A DNA stretch of 64,000 bases from Anaeromyxobacteraceae bacterium (GCA_047602405.1 JASGHJ010000002.1:1408001-1472000); one strand, 5' to 3'; positions 8,403 to 19,560 are shown, numbered from the stretch's first letter. Program-made: numbers and translations. Notes: generated by a model not told the origin, from the letters alone.

Positions 8403-9983
8403 GGTGCTGGGCCCTCTGGGCGGCGCCTTCCTGGGCCATCCAGGCCTTCAGGATGGCGGCGGCGCGGTTGGGGTCCTGGCCGGCGAGCGCGCGCGCGCGG
8501 TCTCGGGCGATGGACACCGGGTCGTTGAGGGCCGGCGCGGACGGCGCGGGCGGGAGGGAGCCGTCGGCGCGGGCGAGCGCGGCCTCGATCTCCGCGACGC
8601 GGGCGCCGGCCGTGATCGGCAGGCCGTCGGCCGCCGCGGGCGCCGCGTTGCCGCGGAGGGCCCAGGCGAGGATGAGGAGGGCGGCGAGGCCCGCGACGGC
8701 CCAGCCCACGTAGGGGAGGGAGGTCCGGACGAGGCCGGGCGGCGGCGGGGCGGCCTCGGCCGCGCCCTCCTCCGCCTTCACGAACGGCGAGGAGGTGATT
8801 CTCGAAGGTGTCGCCGCGCCCCTCGTCGAAGCCGACGGTGCGCTTCGCGAGCGCGCCGAGCCGCTGCAGGTCGGCGTCGGGCCGGGGCTGGCCGTTGACG
8901 CCGTCGAGGAGGACCGCGACCGACAGCTTCTGGAGGCGGGGCTGGCGGGCGATGGTGGTGGTCGTGGTGCGGGAGACGTCGAAGTTGCGGACCGCCTCCT
9001 CCGACGAGCTCTGGGTCTGGGCGCGGGTCGCGGTGGCCGGGCCGGGCGAGGTGAGCGGCTGGTTCGCGGCCGCGCCGGCGACGCCGCCGCCCTGCGCGCC
9101 GCCGCCCTGGGACTGCGTGGAGAGGGTGCGCTCGCTGCGGACCGCGGTGGCGTCCGGGTCGATTCTTCTCGGCCTGGGTCTGGACCTCGGTCTGGTCCAT
9201 GGAGGCGGTCACCCGCGCGACGACCGCGCCCGCGCCCACGGCCGGCGCGAGGACGTCCATGACCCGCTTCTCGAGGTCGCGCTCGAAGGCGCGCTGCTGG
9301 CCGAGGGCCTCGCCCCAGGCGCCCTCCTCGGTGAGCACCTCGCCGCGCCCGTCGACCACCGTGACCGCGCGGGCGTCGAGGCCCGGGACGGCGGAGGAGA
9401 CGAGGTGACGGATGCCGGCGAGCTCCTTGTCGGAGAGGCTGCGGCCGGGCTGCAGGTTCACGACGACCGCGGCGGAGGCGGCGCGGTCCTGGTCGCGGTA
9501 GAGGCCCTTGTCGGCGAGGGTGACGTGCACGCGCGCGGTGCGGACCTGGGCGAGCTTCGAGATGGTGCGGGCGAGCTCGCCCTCGGTGGCGCGGCGCAGG
9601 TTGATCTTCTGGGTGAACTCGGAGACGCCGAGGTCGCCGCGGTCGAAGATCTCGAAGCCGACGCCGCCGCCGCGCGGGATGCCGGCCGCGGCGAGGAGGA
9701 GGCGGGCGTCGTAGACCTTGGAGGCGGGCACCGAGAGGGCGCTGCCGTTCGCGTCGGCCTTGAAGGCGATCGCGTTCGCCTTGAGGATCGCCCCGGCCTC
9801 GGCGGAGTCCTCGGGCGTGAGGTTCGTGAAGACGTACTGCTGCTGCTCGGCGGTCTGCACGCCGTTCCAGGCGATGACGCCGACGGTGGCGATCGCCGCC
9901 AGGAACAGCACGGCCTTCAGGCCGTGGGGCAGGGCGCCGAGGAGGCGGGGGAGCTCGCGGAGCTGGTTGAGGAGGGGTTCCAT
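8395..9983 (-). CDS. fliF: Flagellar MS-ring protein FliF (apparent +1 indels near 9163 and 8799)
   Basis: GFEIFD..LGVSEFTQKINLRRATEGELARTI, ASAAVVVNL, LVSSAVPGL; middle frame RLQKLSVAVLLDG..GFDEGRGD; C-terminal TM helix in a third frame. Confidence 0.92.
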
Positions 9984-9990
9984 GGTGGGG

Positions 9991-10323
9991 CTACACGCTC
10001 ATCCGCATGACTTCCTGGTACGCCTCGACGACCTTGTTCCGGACCTTCGTCATGACGCGCATCGAGACGTCGGCCTTCTCGAGCGCGAGCGCCGTCTCGT
10101 GCAGGTTGCCGGCGCCCATCGCGGACTTCTCGGCCTCCTGGTCCGCCTGGAGCTGCAGCTTCTCGACCTCGCCGAGGGCGTTGCCGAGCGCGTCGGCGAA
10201 GGAGGACGGTCCCTTCGTCGCCGTGGCGGCGGAGCCGCCCGCCGGCGAGGCCGCCGGCCCCACCTGCGTGGGCAGCCCGTCCAGCCCGCCGATCCCGATT
10301 CCGATGCCGCGGATCCCCGACAT
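9991..10323 (-). CDS. fliE: Flagellar hook-basal body protein FliE
   Basis: FADALGNAL..V...Q, LHETALALEKADVSMRVMTKVRNKVVEAYQEVMRMSV. Confidence 0.95.
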   Translation of the reverse strand: MSGIRGIGIGIGGLDGLPTQVGPAASPAGGSAATATKGPSSFADALGNALGEVEKLQLQADQEAEKSAMGAGNLHETALALEKADVSMRVMTKVRNKVVEAYQEVMRMSV

Positions 10324-10330
10324 GGCTCAC

Positions 10331-10753
10331 CTACCGCGCGATCTCGAGGGCGCGCTGCGCCATCGTCTTGAGGGTGTCCACCGCGGTGGCGTTCGCGTCG
10401 TACGCCTTCTGCGCGGAGATGAGGTTCACGACCTCGTGGATCGGGTTGACGTTCGGGAGCGTCACGAACCCGTCGGCGCCCGCGTCGGGGTGCGACGGCA
10501 TGTAGACGCGGCGGCCCGGGGACGGGTCCTTCGCGACCTCCGAGACGCGCACGCCGACGAGCTCGGGCTCGGCGCGGCCGAGGGCGTCCTCGAACGGCAC
10601 GGCCTCCATGACCGGGTCGAGCCGTTGGTAGGGCTTGCCGTCGACGCCGCGGGTGGTCTCGGCGTTCGCCAGGTTCGACGCCGCGATGTTGACGCGCACG
10701 CGCTCGGCGGAGAGGCCGGAGGCGCTGGTACGGAGGGCGGAGAGGAAGTCCAC
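10331..10753 (-). CDS. flgC: Flagellar rod protein FlgC
   Basis: SASGLSAERVRVNIAASNLANAETTR, PSHPDA..DGFVTLPNVNP..EVVNLISAQKAYDAN. Confidence 0.96.
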   Translation of the reverse strand: MDFLSALRTSASGLSAERVRVNIAASNLANAETTRGVDGKPYQRLDPVMEAVPFEDALGRAEPELVGVRVSEVAKDPSPGRRVYMPSHPDAGADGFVTLPNVNPIHEVVNLISAQKAYDANATAVDTLKTMAQRALEIAR

Positions 10754-10764
10754 GGGGCGTCTCC

Positions 10765-11177
10765 TTAGGCCGCGCCGTCCGAGGCGGCGTACTTGAGGAT
10801 GGCGAGCTTCTTCGCGGCGGCCTTCGCGGCGGCGCCGTACTGCAGGGCGTTCTCGGCGACCGCGCCGAGGGTCCGGTCGAGGTCGACGGCGTTGCCGTCG
10901 AGGCCCGGCGCGGCGGCGGGGTCGGCATGCACGAAGGCCTCGGGGGCGCTCGCCGACCGGGCCCCGGCGACGGGGAGGTCGCCCTCGCGCGCCGGGGAGG
11001 CGACCGACGGCTGCTCGACGGCGCTCCGGGCGGCGGCCATGGCCGCCGAGAAGTCGAGATCGCGGGCGACGTACCCCGGGGTGTCGGCGTTCGCGACGTT
11101 GCCGGCGAGCACGGACTGCCGGGCGAGCCGGACGTCCAGGCTGCGCTCGAGCGTCGAAAGTGTGGCGTCGAAGATCC

Positions 11178-11181
<4 letters not shown>
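10765..11181 (-). CDS. flgB: Flagellar rod protein FlgB
   Basis: [35 protein letters not shown] start overlapping upstream stop. Confidence 0.95.
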
Positions 11182-12319
<1,138 letters not shown>

Positions 12320-12323
<4 letters not shown>

Positions 12324-13619
12324 GGAGCGGTCCCCTTGCGCAAGGCCGCGAGCTTCGCGGCCTCCAGGGCGGCGCGGGCGGCCGCGAGATTGGGATCGGC
12401 GGCGGGGCCGGCCGGGTGGGAGGCGTCGTCGGACGGGGTGCGCAGCGCGCGGGAGAGCGCGGTCCACGCCGGCGTGGCGAGCTCGCGCTTCGTGAGGCGG
12501 GTGCGGGCGAACCGGAGGATCTCGCCCGCGCGCACCCGGTCGCCGCCTGCGAGGTAGAGCTCGCCGACGTGGAGCAGGTGCTCGCCCTGGCGGGCGGCGG
12601 GGATCCTGCCGGTCTGGGAGGCGAGCATGTTCGCGGCCCACAGCGGCGCGCCGGCCACCTCGGCCTGGCGGGCCGCGGCGAAGGCGAGCGGGAGGGCGTC
12701 GGCGCCCTCCAGGCGGCCGGGCCACTCCAGGTAGACGCCGAGGGCCTCGGTGCCCTCCGGCGGCGGACGCTCGAGCGCGAGGGCGAGGAGGTGCCGGCAC
12801 CACTGCGGCGAGGCCTTGCAGGCGCCGTCGAGCCGGGTCTCCTTCGCGAGGGCCTGGGTGGTCTCGATGAGCTCGCCGCGGAGCACGGCGAGGCGGGCCC
12901 TGCGGAGGATGGCGTCGGACCGGTACGCGATGGGCACGCCGGTGGCGTCGAAGACGGACTGCTCGAGCGGGCTGCCGATGCAGCCGGGCTCGAGCTCGCA
13001 GAGCCGCATCGCGGCGAGCCGCGACCAGGGGGCTTCGGCCCTGGCCTTCCGCCAGGCCTGCACGGCGGCCTCGGGATCGTCGGCGGCGAGCGCGAGGTCG
13101 CCGAGCCGGAGCTGGGCGTGCGGCGAGGCACCGCCCCGGACGGCCGCCTGGAACTCGTGCCGCGCGGCGGCGAGGTCGCCGGCCGCGAGCGCACACTCGC
13201 CCCGGGACAGCGGCGTGAGGCCGGGGCAGGGATTCGAGGCCGATCGCCTCCGGGTCGAAGGCGGTGAGGGGCGGCCCCTCCTCGGCGGGCCGCCACGCCG
13301 GCACGGAGAGCCGGCGCAGCTGGAGGAGGGTGGTGCCGCGGCCGGGCTCGAGGTCGGCCCGGATCATCTCGGTCGTGCAGTGGAGCACCACCGCGCCGCC
13401 CTTCACGGTGACCTTCGGGCAGAGGCGCGAGTCGCCGTGGAGCCGCCGCGCCAGGAGCTCGGGGGAGGCGCCCGGGGCGAGCGTCAGCGTCACCGTCCGG
13501 TGGAACGGCTGCGACACGAGGCCGCGAGCGCCGGCGACCGGCAGGTGCTCCTCGTACTTCACGAGCGCGAGCGGCGCGTGGGCGGCGAGGGCGATGGCCA
13601 TGGAGACGGCGAGCGTCAC
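12320..13619 (-). CDS. Hypothetical exported helical/TPR-like protein (apparent +1 indel near 13233)
   Basis: Hydrophobic N-term ([15 protein letters not shown]); the two ORF halves join if one A is removed from GAATC; first gene after a sigma54 promoter. Confidence 0.6.
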
Positions 13620-13632
13620 GATCCGGACGCAT

Positions 13633-13648
13633 TGCAGCGGCCGTGCCC
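13633..13648 (-). promoter_or_regulatory. Sigma54 -24/-12 promoter for the flagellar operon
   Basis: Minus strand GGGCACGGCCGCTGCA = GG-N10-GC, close to the TGGCAC-N5-TTGC consensus. Confidence 0.65.
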
Positions 13649-13773
13649 GCCCTTCGCCGACGCTCCCCTGACGCCCGGCGCGCCCAACGCGAAGGGCCAG
13701 GCCGGAGCCTGGCCCTCGGGGGCTCGAGGCCGCGCCGCGCGCGTCAGCGCGACGTCGCGGCGTCAGCGATGCG

Positions 13774-14916
13774 TCACGCGGCGACGTCGCGGTTGCGGCG
13801 CCGCAGCTTCTCGACGAGCGTCGTGCGCTGCAGGCCGAGCAGGTCCGCGGCGGCCTTCTTGTTGCCGCCGGTGCGCGCGAGCGCGGCGTCGATGTACGAC
13901 TCCTCGAGGCGGCGCAGGATGCGGGGCAGGTCGACGGGGCGGCCATCGTTGAGCACCGGCTCGCTCACCGGCAGGTCGTCGCCGAGCGCGAAGCGCGGCG
14001 GGAGACCGTCGGACGCGGCCTCGGAGACGATCGGCTCCGGCGAGAAGGCGGACGGCGCGGGCGGGAGCTCCGCGGCGGCGTCGGCGGGGAGCTCGGCCGG
14101 CGTCGACACGAGCGAGAGCGGGCTCGCGCGGCGGTCGCCACGCACGAAGGCCGGGAGGTCGGTGAACCGGATCGACTGGCCCTCGGCGCACACCGCGACG
14201 CGCTCGACGAGGTTCTCGAGCTCGCGCACGTTGCCGGGCCACGCGTAGGTGGCGAGCGCCTCGAGCACGGCGGGCTCGACGGGGCGGGTCTCCCCGCGCT
14301 CGGCCCAGAAGTGCTGGAAGAGGCGGACGACGTCGGTGCCGCGGGCGCGGAGCGGCGGCACCTCCACCGGGCACACGAGGAGGCGGTAGTAGAGGTCGCG
14401 GCGGAACCGGCCGGCCTCGACCTCGGCGGCGAGGTCACGGTTCGTCGCCGCGACGAGCCGGAAGTCGGCGGGGACGGGCTCGGTGGAGCCCACCGGCTCG
14501 TAGGAGCGCTCCTGGAGGACGCGCAGCAGCTTCACCTGCAGGGAGAGCGGCAGCTCGCCGATCTCGTCCAGGAAGAGGGTGCCGCCGTGCGCCGCGGCGA
14601 TGCGGCCGCGCCGCGACTGGACCGCGCCCGTGAAGGCGCCGCGGACGTGGCCGAAGAGCTCGCTCTCGAGCAGCGCCTCGGGGATCGCGCCGCAGTTCAC
14701 CGGCACGAGCGTCTTCGAGGCGCGGGGGCTGTTCTCGTGGACGAAGCGGGCGAAGACCTCCTTGCCCGTGCCGGTCTCGCCGGTGAGGAGGACCGTCGCG
14801 TCGCTCTGCGCGATGCGCTTGCAGGTGCGGACCAGCTCGACGAGCGGGCTCTGGGGGCCGTGCACGATCTTCGTGCCGCGGGTCGTCGTCGGGGTGGTGG
14901 GCGTCGTCGCGTTCAT
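13774..14916 (-). CDS. Sigma54-dependent activator, FleQ/FlrA-like candidate master regulator (no sensory domain)
   Basis: [65 protein letters not shown] at 14916 with GGAG RBS. Confidence 0.9.
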   Translation of the reverse strand: MNATTPTTPTTTRGTKIVHGPQSPLVELVRTCKRIAQSDATVLLTGETGTGKEVFARFVHENSPRASKTLVPVNCGAIPEALLESELFGHVRGAFTGAVQSRRGRIAAAHGGTLFLDEIGELPLSLQVKLLRVLQERSYEPVGSTEPVPADFRLVAATNRDLAAEVEAGRFRRDLYYRLLVCPVEVPPLRARGTDVVRLFQHFWAERGETRPVEPAVLEALATYAWPGNVRELENLVERVAVCAEGQSIRFTDLPAFVRGDRRASPLSLVSTPAELPADAAAELPPAPSAFSPEPIVSEAASDGLPPRFALGDDLPVSEPVLNDGRPVDLPRILRRLEESYIDAALARTGGNKKAAADLLGLQRTTLVEKLRRRNRDVAA

Positions 14917-14968
14917 TTCGTCCGTCTCCTCGTCCGCCGCCGATCGCGTCGCGGACGTGGCGCCAATG

Positions 14969-14985
14969 AGCAAGCGCTCTGCCAA
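14969..14985 (-). promoter_or_regulatory. Sigma54 -24/-12 promoter of the FleQ-like gene
   Basis: Minus strand TTGGCAGAGCGCTTGCT, near-consensus. Confidence 0.8.
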
Positions 14986-15176
14986 CGCGCCACCCCGGTG
15001 ACGATCCCGTGCTTCCGCGGGGTTCGGCGCGGCGGCGTCAGAAGTCCTCGGGGTGAGCGCACACCCGGAGCGGTTCGCCGACCCCCTGCCGTCACCTGGG
15101 GGCATGACTCCAGGTGAAGGTGTGGGCGCCGCTCGCACCACGCTGGGCGCCAGCGAAATCGCGCGCGGCGGTCGCC

Positions 15177-15205
15177 TTGACGCTCCGGGTCGTGCCCGAT
15201 ACCTT
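15177..15205 (+). promoter_or_regulatory. Sigma70-like promoter of the metX-hom fusion
   Basis: TTGACG-N17-TACCTT ending 12 nt before the ATG; short leader, no clear RBS. Confidence 0.55.
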
Positions 15206-15217
15206 CGCCCTCGTCCC

Positions 15218-17455
15218 ATGACGTCCTCCACCGGAGCAGATCGGCCTACATCCGGCGCGGGCCGGGCGGCCTTCGTGTCGCCCGAGACCCGCGTGCTCCG
15301 GCTGCCCGGGCCCTTCCCCCTCGAGGGCGGCGGCGTCCTGGCGGCGCCGGAGATCGGATATCGCACGTGGGGCACGCTGGCGGCGGACGGCTCGAACGCC
15401 GTGGTGGTCTGCCACGCCCTCACCGGCTCGGCCGACGCCGACCGGTGGTGGACCGGCATGTTCGGGCCCGGGCGGGCGCTCGACCCCGAGCGCGACTTCG
15501 TCGTCTGCTCCAACATCCTCGGCTCCTGCTACGGCACGACCGGGCCGACGTCGCTCGACCCGGCCACCGGCGCGCCGTGGCGGGGCACCTTCCCGCGGGT
15601 CACGGTCCGCGACATGGTGCGGCTGCAGCGCGCGCTCGCGGACGCCCTCGGGGTCCGCCGGGTGCGGATGGTGATCGGCGGCTCGCTCGGCGGGATGCAG
15701 GCTTTGGAGTGGGCGCTGCTCTACCCGGAGCTCGTCGACTCGGTCGTCTTCATCGCCTCGACCGCGCGGCACTCGGCCTGGGCCATCGGGCTCTCCGAGG
15801 CCCAGCGCCAGGCGATCTTCGCCGACCCGCGCTGGCGGGGCGGGCGCTACGACCCCGCCGATCCGCCCGCCGCGGGCCTCGCCGCGGCGCGCATGGCGGC
15901 GATGCTCACCTACCGCAGCGCGGTCTCCATGGAGCAGCGCTTCGGCCGGCGCCAACAGACCGAGGACCTCTTCGCGATGCAGAGCTACCTCCGCTACCAG
16001 GGGGACCAGCTCGTCGACCGGTTCGATCCGGCGACCTACGTCACGCTGCTCGACGCGATGGACTCGCACGACGTCGCCCGCGGCCGCGGCGACCTCGACG
16101 ACGTGCTCCGCTCCATCCGTCAGCCCACGCTGGTCGTCGCGATCGACAGCGACGTCCTCTACTGGCCCGCCGAGCAGCGCGAGGTGGCGCGGCTCGTGCC
16201 GCACGCCCGCCTCGCGGTGCTCGACTCCATCCACGGCCACGACGCCTTCCTCATCGACGTGGAGCGGCTCTCCGAGATGGTGGCGGAGTTCCGGGGGCTG
16301 CCCGCCGGCCACGCCCCGGCCGCCCGCCGCGACACCGCCTCCGAGCAGGCCTTCCGCGAGAAGGGCGTCTCGTTGCTCGTGGTCGGGAAGGGGAAGGTCG
16401 GCGCCGAGGTCCTCGAGCAGCTGCGGGTCATGCGCGGCGAGCTCGAGCGGGACCACGACGTCTCGCTCCGGGTGGTCGGCCTCGCCGACCGCCGCGGGGC
16501 GGTGCTCGCGCCGGAGGGGGTGGACCTCGACCGCTGGCGCGACGTGCTCGCCCGGGCCCCCGCGACGGGGCCGCTCGACGCCCGGACCGCGCCGGCGCTG
16601 CTGGACCGCCTCGCGGGGCTGCCGCGGCCCGTCCTCGTGGACGTGACCGCGGCCGACGGCATGGACGAGGTGTACGCGCAGGCCTTCCGGCGCGGCATCG
16701 ACGTCGTCTCGTCCAACAAGCGGCCGCTCTCGGTGGCCCCGCGGGCGCTCGACGCCTTCCGGCAGGAGCGGCGCACGCACCACCGGCACCACCACTACGA
16801 CGCGGCGGTCGGGGCGAGCCTCCCGGTGATCGGCACGCTGCGCCGGCTCGTCCAGGGCGGCGACCGGGTGGTGGCCGTCGAGGGCGCGCTGTCCGGCACC
16901 CTGGGCTACGTCACGAGCGAGCTCGCCCGCGGCGTGCCGCTCTCCCTGGCGGTGCGCTGGGCGATCGGCCTCGGCCACGCCGAGGCCGACCCCCGCGACG
17001 ACCTCTCCGGCAAGGACACCGCCCGCAAGGCCCTCATCCTCGCGCGGGAGCTCGGAGCGCACCTCGCGCTCGAGGACGTGCGGGTGGAGCCGTTCGTGCC
17101 GCCCGCCCTGCTGGTCGACGGCGGCGCGGACGCGCTCATCGCCGCGCTGCGCGGCCACGACCAGGCGATGGGCGCCCGGGTGGCGGCCCTCGCCCGCGAG
17201 GGGCGCGTGCTCCGTTACCTGGCGCGGATCACGACCGCGCCGGACGGCCGGGTGTCGGTGGGCGCCGGCCCGGTCGCGGTCGAGGCGTCGGAGCCCGCGG
17301 CGCGCCTCGTCGGCGTGGAGGCGCTGGTGGCGTTCACGACCGCGCGCCACTCGGAGCGCCCGCTCGTCGTGCAGGGCGCGGGCGTGGGCGCCGCGTCCAC
17401 CGCCGGGACCGTGATCGCCGACGTGCTCCGCGGGGTCGGCGCGGGCGCGCGCTGA
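15218..17455 (+). CDS. metX: Homoserine O-acyltransferase MetX fused to a C-terminal homoserine dehydrogenase domain
   Basis: CHALTGS, NILGSCYGTTGP, GGSLGGMQ, HGHDAFL; then GKGKVG, SSNKRP, AVGASLPVI, GALSGTLGY, EADPRDDLSGKDTARK. Confidence 0.92.
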   Translation: MTSSTGADRPTSGAGRAAFVSPETRVLRLPGPFPLEGGGVLAAPEIGYRTWGTLAADGSNAVVVCHALTGSADADRWWTGMFGPGRALDPERDFVVCSNILGSCYGTTGPTSLDPATGAPWRGTFPRVTVRDMVRLQRALADALGVRRVRMVIGGSLGGMQALEWALLYPELVDSVVFIASTARHSAWAIGLSEAQRQAIFADPRWRGGRYDPADPPAAGLAAARMAAMLTYRSAVSMEQRFGRRQQTEDLFAMQSYLRYQGDQLVDRFDPATYVTLLDAMDSHDVARGRGDLDDVLRSIRQPTLVVAIDSDVLYWPAEQREVARLVPHARLAVLDSIHGHDAFLIDVERLSEMVAEFRGLPAGHAPAARRDTASEQAFREKGVSLLVVGKGKVGAEVLEQLRVMRGELERDHDVSLRVVGLADRRGAVLAPEGVDLDRWRDVLARAPATGPLDARTAPALLDRLAGLPRPVLVDVTAADGMDEVYAQAFRRGIDVVSSNKRPLSVAPRALDAFRQERRTHHRHHHYDAAVGASLPVIGTLRRLVQGGDRVVAVEGALSGTLGYVTSELARGVPLSLAVRWAIGLGHAEADPRDDLSGKDTARKALILARELGAHLALEDVRVEPFVPPALLVDGGADALIAALRGHDQAMGARVAALAREGRVLRYLARITTAPDGRVSVGAGPVAVEASEPAARLVGVEALVAFTTARHSERPLVVQGAGVGAASTAGTVIADVLRGVGAGAR

Positions 17456-17464
17456 GCTCCGGGG

Positions 17465-18481
17465 CTACGCGGCGTCGGGGAGGTCCCTGCGCGGCCGCGC
17501 GAGCGCTCGCGCGACCTCTGCGACGTCCGCCATCACCGCCGCCGTCGTCGGCCAGCGCCCGGCGCCCTTGCCGGCGAGCCGGATCACCTCGCCGTTCGAG
17601 AGCTCGAGCTCGACCCGGTTCTCCTCCCCGCGGGCCCCCGCGAGGAAGTCGTCGGGCCCCATGCGCTCGGGGGCGACGCGGGCGACCGGCCCGGCGCGGC
17701 CCGCGACCACCTCGGCGACGAGCTTCGTCGTGCGGCCCTCCGCGCGCGCGCGGGCGATCGCGGCCGGCTCGAGGCGCGCGATGCCCCGGACCTCGAGCGC
17801 CACCGGGAGCGCGCCGAAGCCGACCGCGCTGCAGAGGGTCACCTTGTGGGCGGCGTCGGCGCCGGAGACGTCGGCGGAGGGATCGGGCTCCGCGAAGCCG
17901 AGGGCCTGCGCCTCGGCGAGCGCGGCGGCGTAGGTGGCCCCGGCCTCCACGCGACCGAGGACGAAGTTGCAGGTCCCGTTCAGGACGCCGCGCAGCCGCG
18001 CCACGCCGGGGCCGCGTCGCGCGAGGGCGAGGTGCTCGAGGACGGGGACCTCGCCGCCGACCGCCGCGCCGAAGCGCAGGGTGGGCCGATCGCCCGCGGC
18101 GAAGGGCGCGAGCTCGGCCCAGCGCGCCGCGACGGCCGCCTTGTTGGCGGAGACGACGTGGCGGCCGGCGAGGAGCGCCGCGAGCACGACGTCGCCCGCG
18201 GGGGCGGTGCCGCCGAGCGCCTCGATCACGAGGTCGGCGTCGAGGCGCACGGCGTCCCAGGGGTCGGTGGAGAGGAGCCGCGCCGGCACGCCGTCCGCGG
18301 CGTGGCGGGCGGGGTGGCGGACCACCGCCGCGGCGAGCTCGAACCGGTCTGGCCGGGCGAGGAGCCGCCGGACGACGCCGCCTCCCACCGTACCCACGCC
18401 GAGCAGGACCACCCGGAGCGGACGCTCCTGCCCGGCGCCGACCGCGTCCACCGCACCCGTCCTCACGCTCCGCGAGCCCAT
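17465..18481 (-). CDS. hom: Homoserine dehydrogenase (stand-alone, no ACT domain)
   Basis: GVGTVGGG, VVSANKA, AVGGEVP, GVLNGTCNF, GFAEPDPSADVSGADAAHK, GKGAG; GGAGG RBS. Confidence 0.92.
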   Translation of the reverse strand: MGSRSVRTGAVDAVGAGQERPLRVVLLGVGTVGGGVVRRLLARPDRFELAAAVVRHPARHAADGVPARLLSTDPWDAVRLDADLVIEALGGTAPAGDVVLAALLAGRHVVSANKAAVAARWAELAPFAAGDRPTLRFGAAVGGEVPVLEHLALARRGPGVARLRGVLNGTCNFVLGRVEAGATYAAALAEAQALGFAEPDPSADVSGADAAHKVTLCSAVGFGALPVALEVRGIARLEPAAIARARAEGRTTKLVAEVVAGRAGPVARVAPERMGPDDFLAGARGEENRVELELSNGEVIRLAGKGAGRWPTTAAVMADVAEVARALARPRRDLPDAA

Positions 18482-18579
18482 GCACGCCTCCATCGCGCGG
18501 CGGGGCCGGAGCGGTTCTGGCTTGCGGGCTCGTCGGGAGCGTCCGTCGCTCGCGGCGTGGAGCGGACGGGACGCGTCGG

Positions 18580-18633
18580 CTCGCTTTAGCGGCATTTGTA
18601 AGGCGCCCGCAAGCTGAGGCTCAAATCGGCGCC
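18580..18633 (-). ncRNA. SAM-II riboswitch upstream of hom
   Basis: Minus strand GGCGCC-GAUUUG-AGCCUCA-GCUUGC-GGGCGCC-UUAC-AAAU-GCC-GCUAAA-GCGAG has the SAM-II P1 stem and conserved GAUUU/UUGC/AAAU/GCUAAA elements; Met-pathway context. Confidence 0.85.
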
Positions 18634-18655
18634 GACCACGCTTCCTGTGGGGCCC

Positions 18656-18684
18656 TTCTTACGGGCGTCCGGGCCGGCCGTCAA
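18656..18684 (-). promoter_or_regulatory. Sigma70-like promoter for the riboswitch-hom transcript
   Basis: Minus strand TTGACG-N17-TAAGAA about 20 nt upstream of the aptamer. Confidence 0.45.
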
Positions 18685-18698
18685 GCACAAACGGATGA

Positions 18699-18729
18699 AC
18701 CTCCGCCATCCCGGATGGGCGGCGGAGGT
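18699..18729 (-). terminator. Stem-loop after the LysM-lipoprotein pair
   Basis: ACCTCCGCC...GGCGGAGGT inverted repeat ~25 nt after the stop codon. Confidence 0.55.
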
Positions 18730-18754
18730 CCGGGTCCTGCGCCCGAGGCGGCGG

Positions 18755-19345
18755 CTACTGCGCGCCCGGGACCTGCATCCCGAGCGACTTCATGATCTCC
18801 TGGCCCTTCGGCACGAGCCCCTTCACCGCGGCGATCGCGGGCTCGAGGTTGCCGGTCTGGAAGTCGGCGGTGGCCTTCGAGAACGTGGACTCGATGCCGG
18901 CGAGCCCCTCCTTCGCCGAGGCGACCGTGGCGGCGTCGAGCCCCTTCGGCAGCTTCTTCGACTCGGCGAGGATCGAGAGGCGGCTCTTCAGCGCGCCGAC
19001 GAGCGAGGGGAGGTCGGCGGTGGCGCCCTTCCAGGCGGCGACGAGCTGGTCCTTCTTCGCGGCGGCGGCGGCGAGCGCCTCCTTGACCTTGCCCGGGATC
19101 GGCTCGAGCTGCGCGAGGGCGCCCTTGTAGTCCTTCTTCGCGACCATGCCCTCCGCCCCTGCGAGCGCGGTCTTCACGGCGGAGACCTGATCGGGCGCGT
19201 ACTTCTGCGCCTCGGCGTCGAGGGTGGCGATGGCCGACTTCGCGGCGGCGAGCGCCGACTCGGCGGGGATCTTCGCCGGGTCGGTGCAGCCCACGAGGAG
19301 GGCGAGGGGCAGGGCGAGGGTGACGGCGGAGAGGATGCGGTTCAT
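18755..19345 (-). CDS. Helical lipoprotein (DUF4398-like)
   Basis: Signal peptide with lipobox LLVGC; A.SALAAAK..A.A.KYAP pattern. Confidence 0.7.
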   Translation of the reverse strand: MNRILSAVTLALPLALLVGCTDPAKIPAESALAAAKSAIATLDAEAQKYAPDQVSAVKTALAGAEGMVAKKDYKGALAQLEPIPGKVKEALAAAAAKKDQLVAAWKGATADLPSLVGALKSRLSILAESKKLPKGLDAATVASAKEGLAGIESTFSKATADFQTGNLEPAIAAVKGLVPKGQEIMKSLGMQVPGAQ

Positions 19346-19356
19346 GGGGTTCCCCT

Positions 19357-19560
19357 TCACGGGATGCGGAGCTTCCAGCCGATCTGGATCAGATCGGGGT
19401 TCTTGATGAGCTCGCGGTTCGCCTCGAAGATCTTCCGGTAGAGCTTCGGGTCGCCGTAGTACCGCTCGGCGATCTTCGAGAGCGTCTCGCCCTTCACCAC
19501 CACGTGGTACTGGGCGTACGGATCTCCCGGGGGGCTCCCGGGCGCGCTGGGATCGGCCAC
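19357..19560 (-). CDS. Small single-LysM-domain protein (Kbp/YgaU C-terminal type)
   Basis: HVVVKGETLSKIAERYYGD...IFEANRELIKNPDLIQIGWKLRIP; GAAAGGA RBS. Confidence 0.9.
   Translation of the reverse strand: MADPSAPGSPPGDPYAQYHVVVKGETLSKIAERYYGDPKLYRKIFEANRELIKNPDLIQIGWKLRIP

Noticed and set aside
7368..9983. Genuine decay (pseudogenisation) of the flagellar cluster
   Set aside because: No premature in-frame stops or deletions seen in the restored frames, and the same motif-linked indels hit unrelated metabolic genes; not excluded without resequencing
15053..15217. SAM/SAH riboswitch in front of metX
   Set aside because: No SAM-I, SAM-II, SAM-IV or SAH consensus recognised; the putative promoter leaves almost no leader
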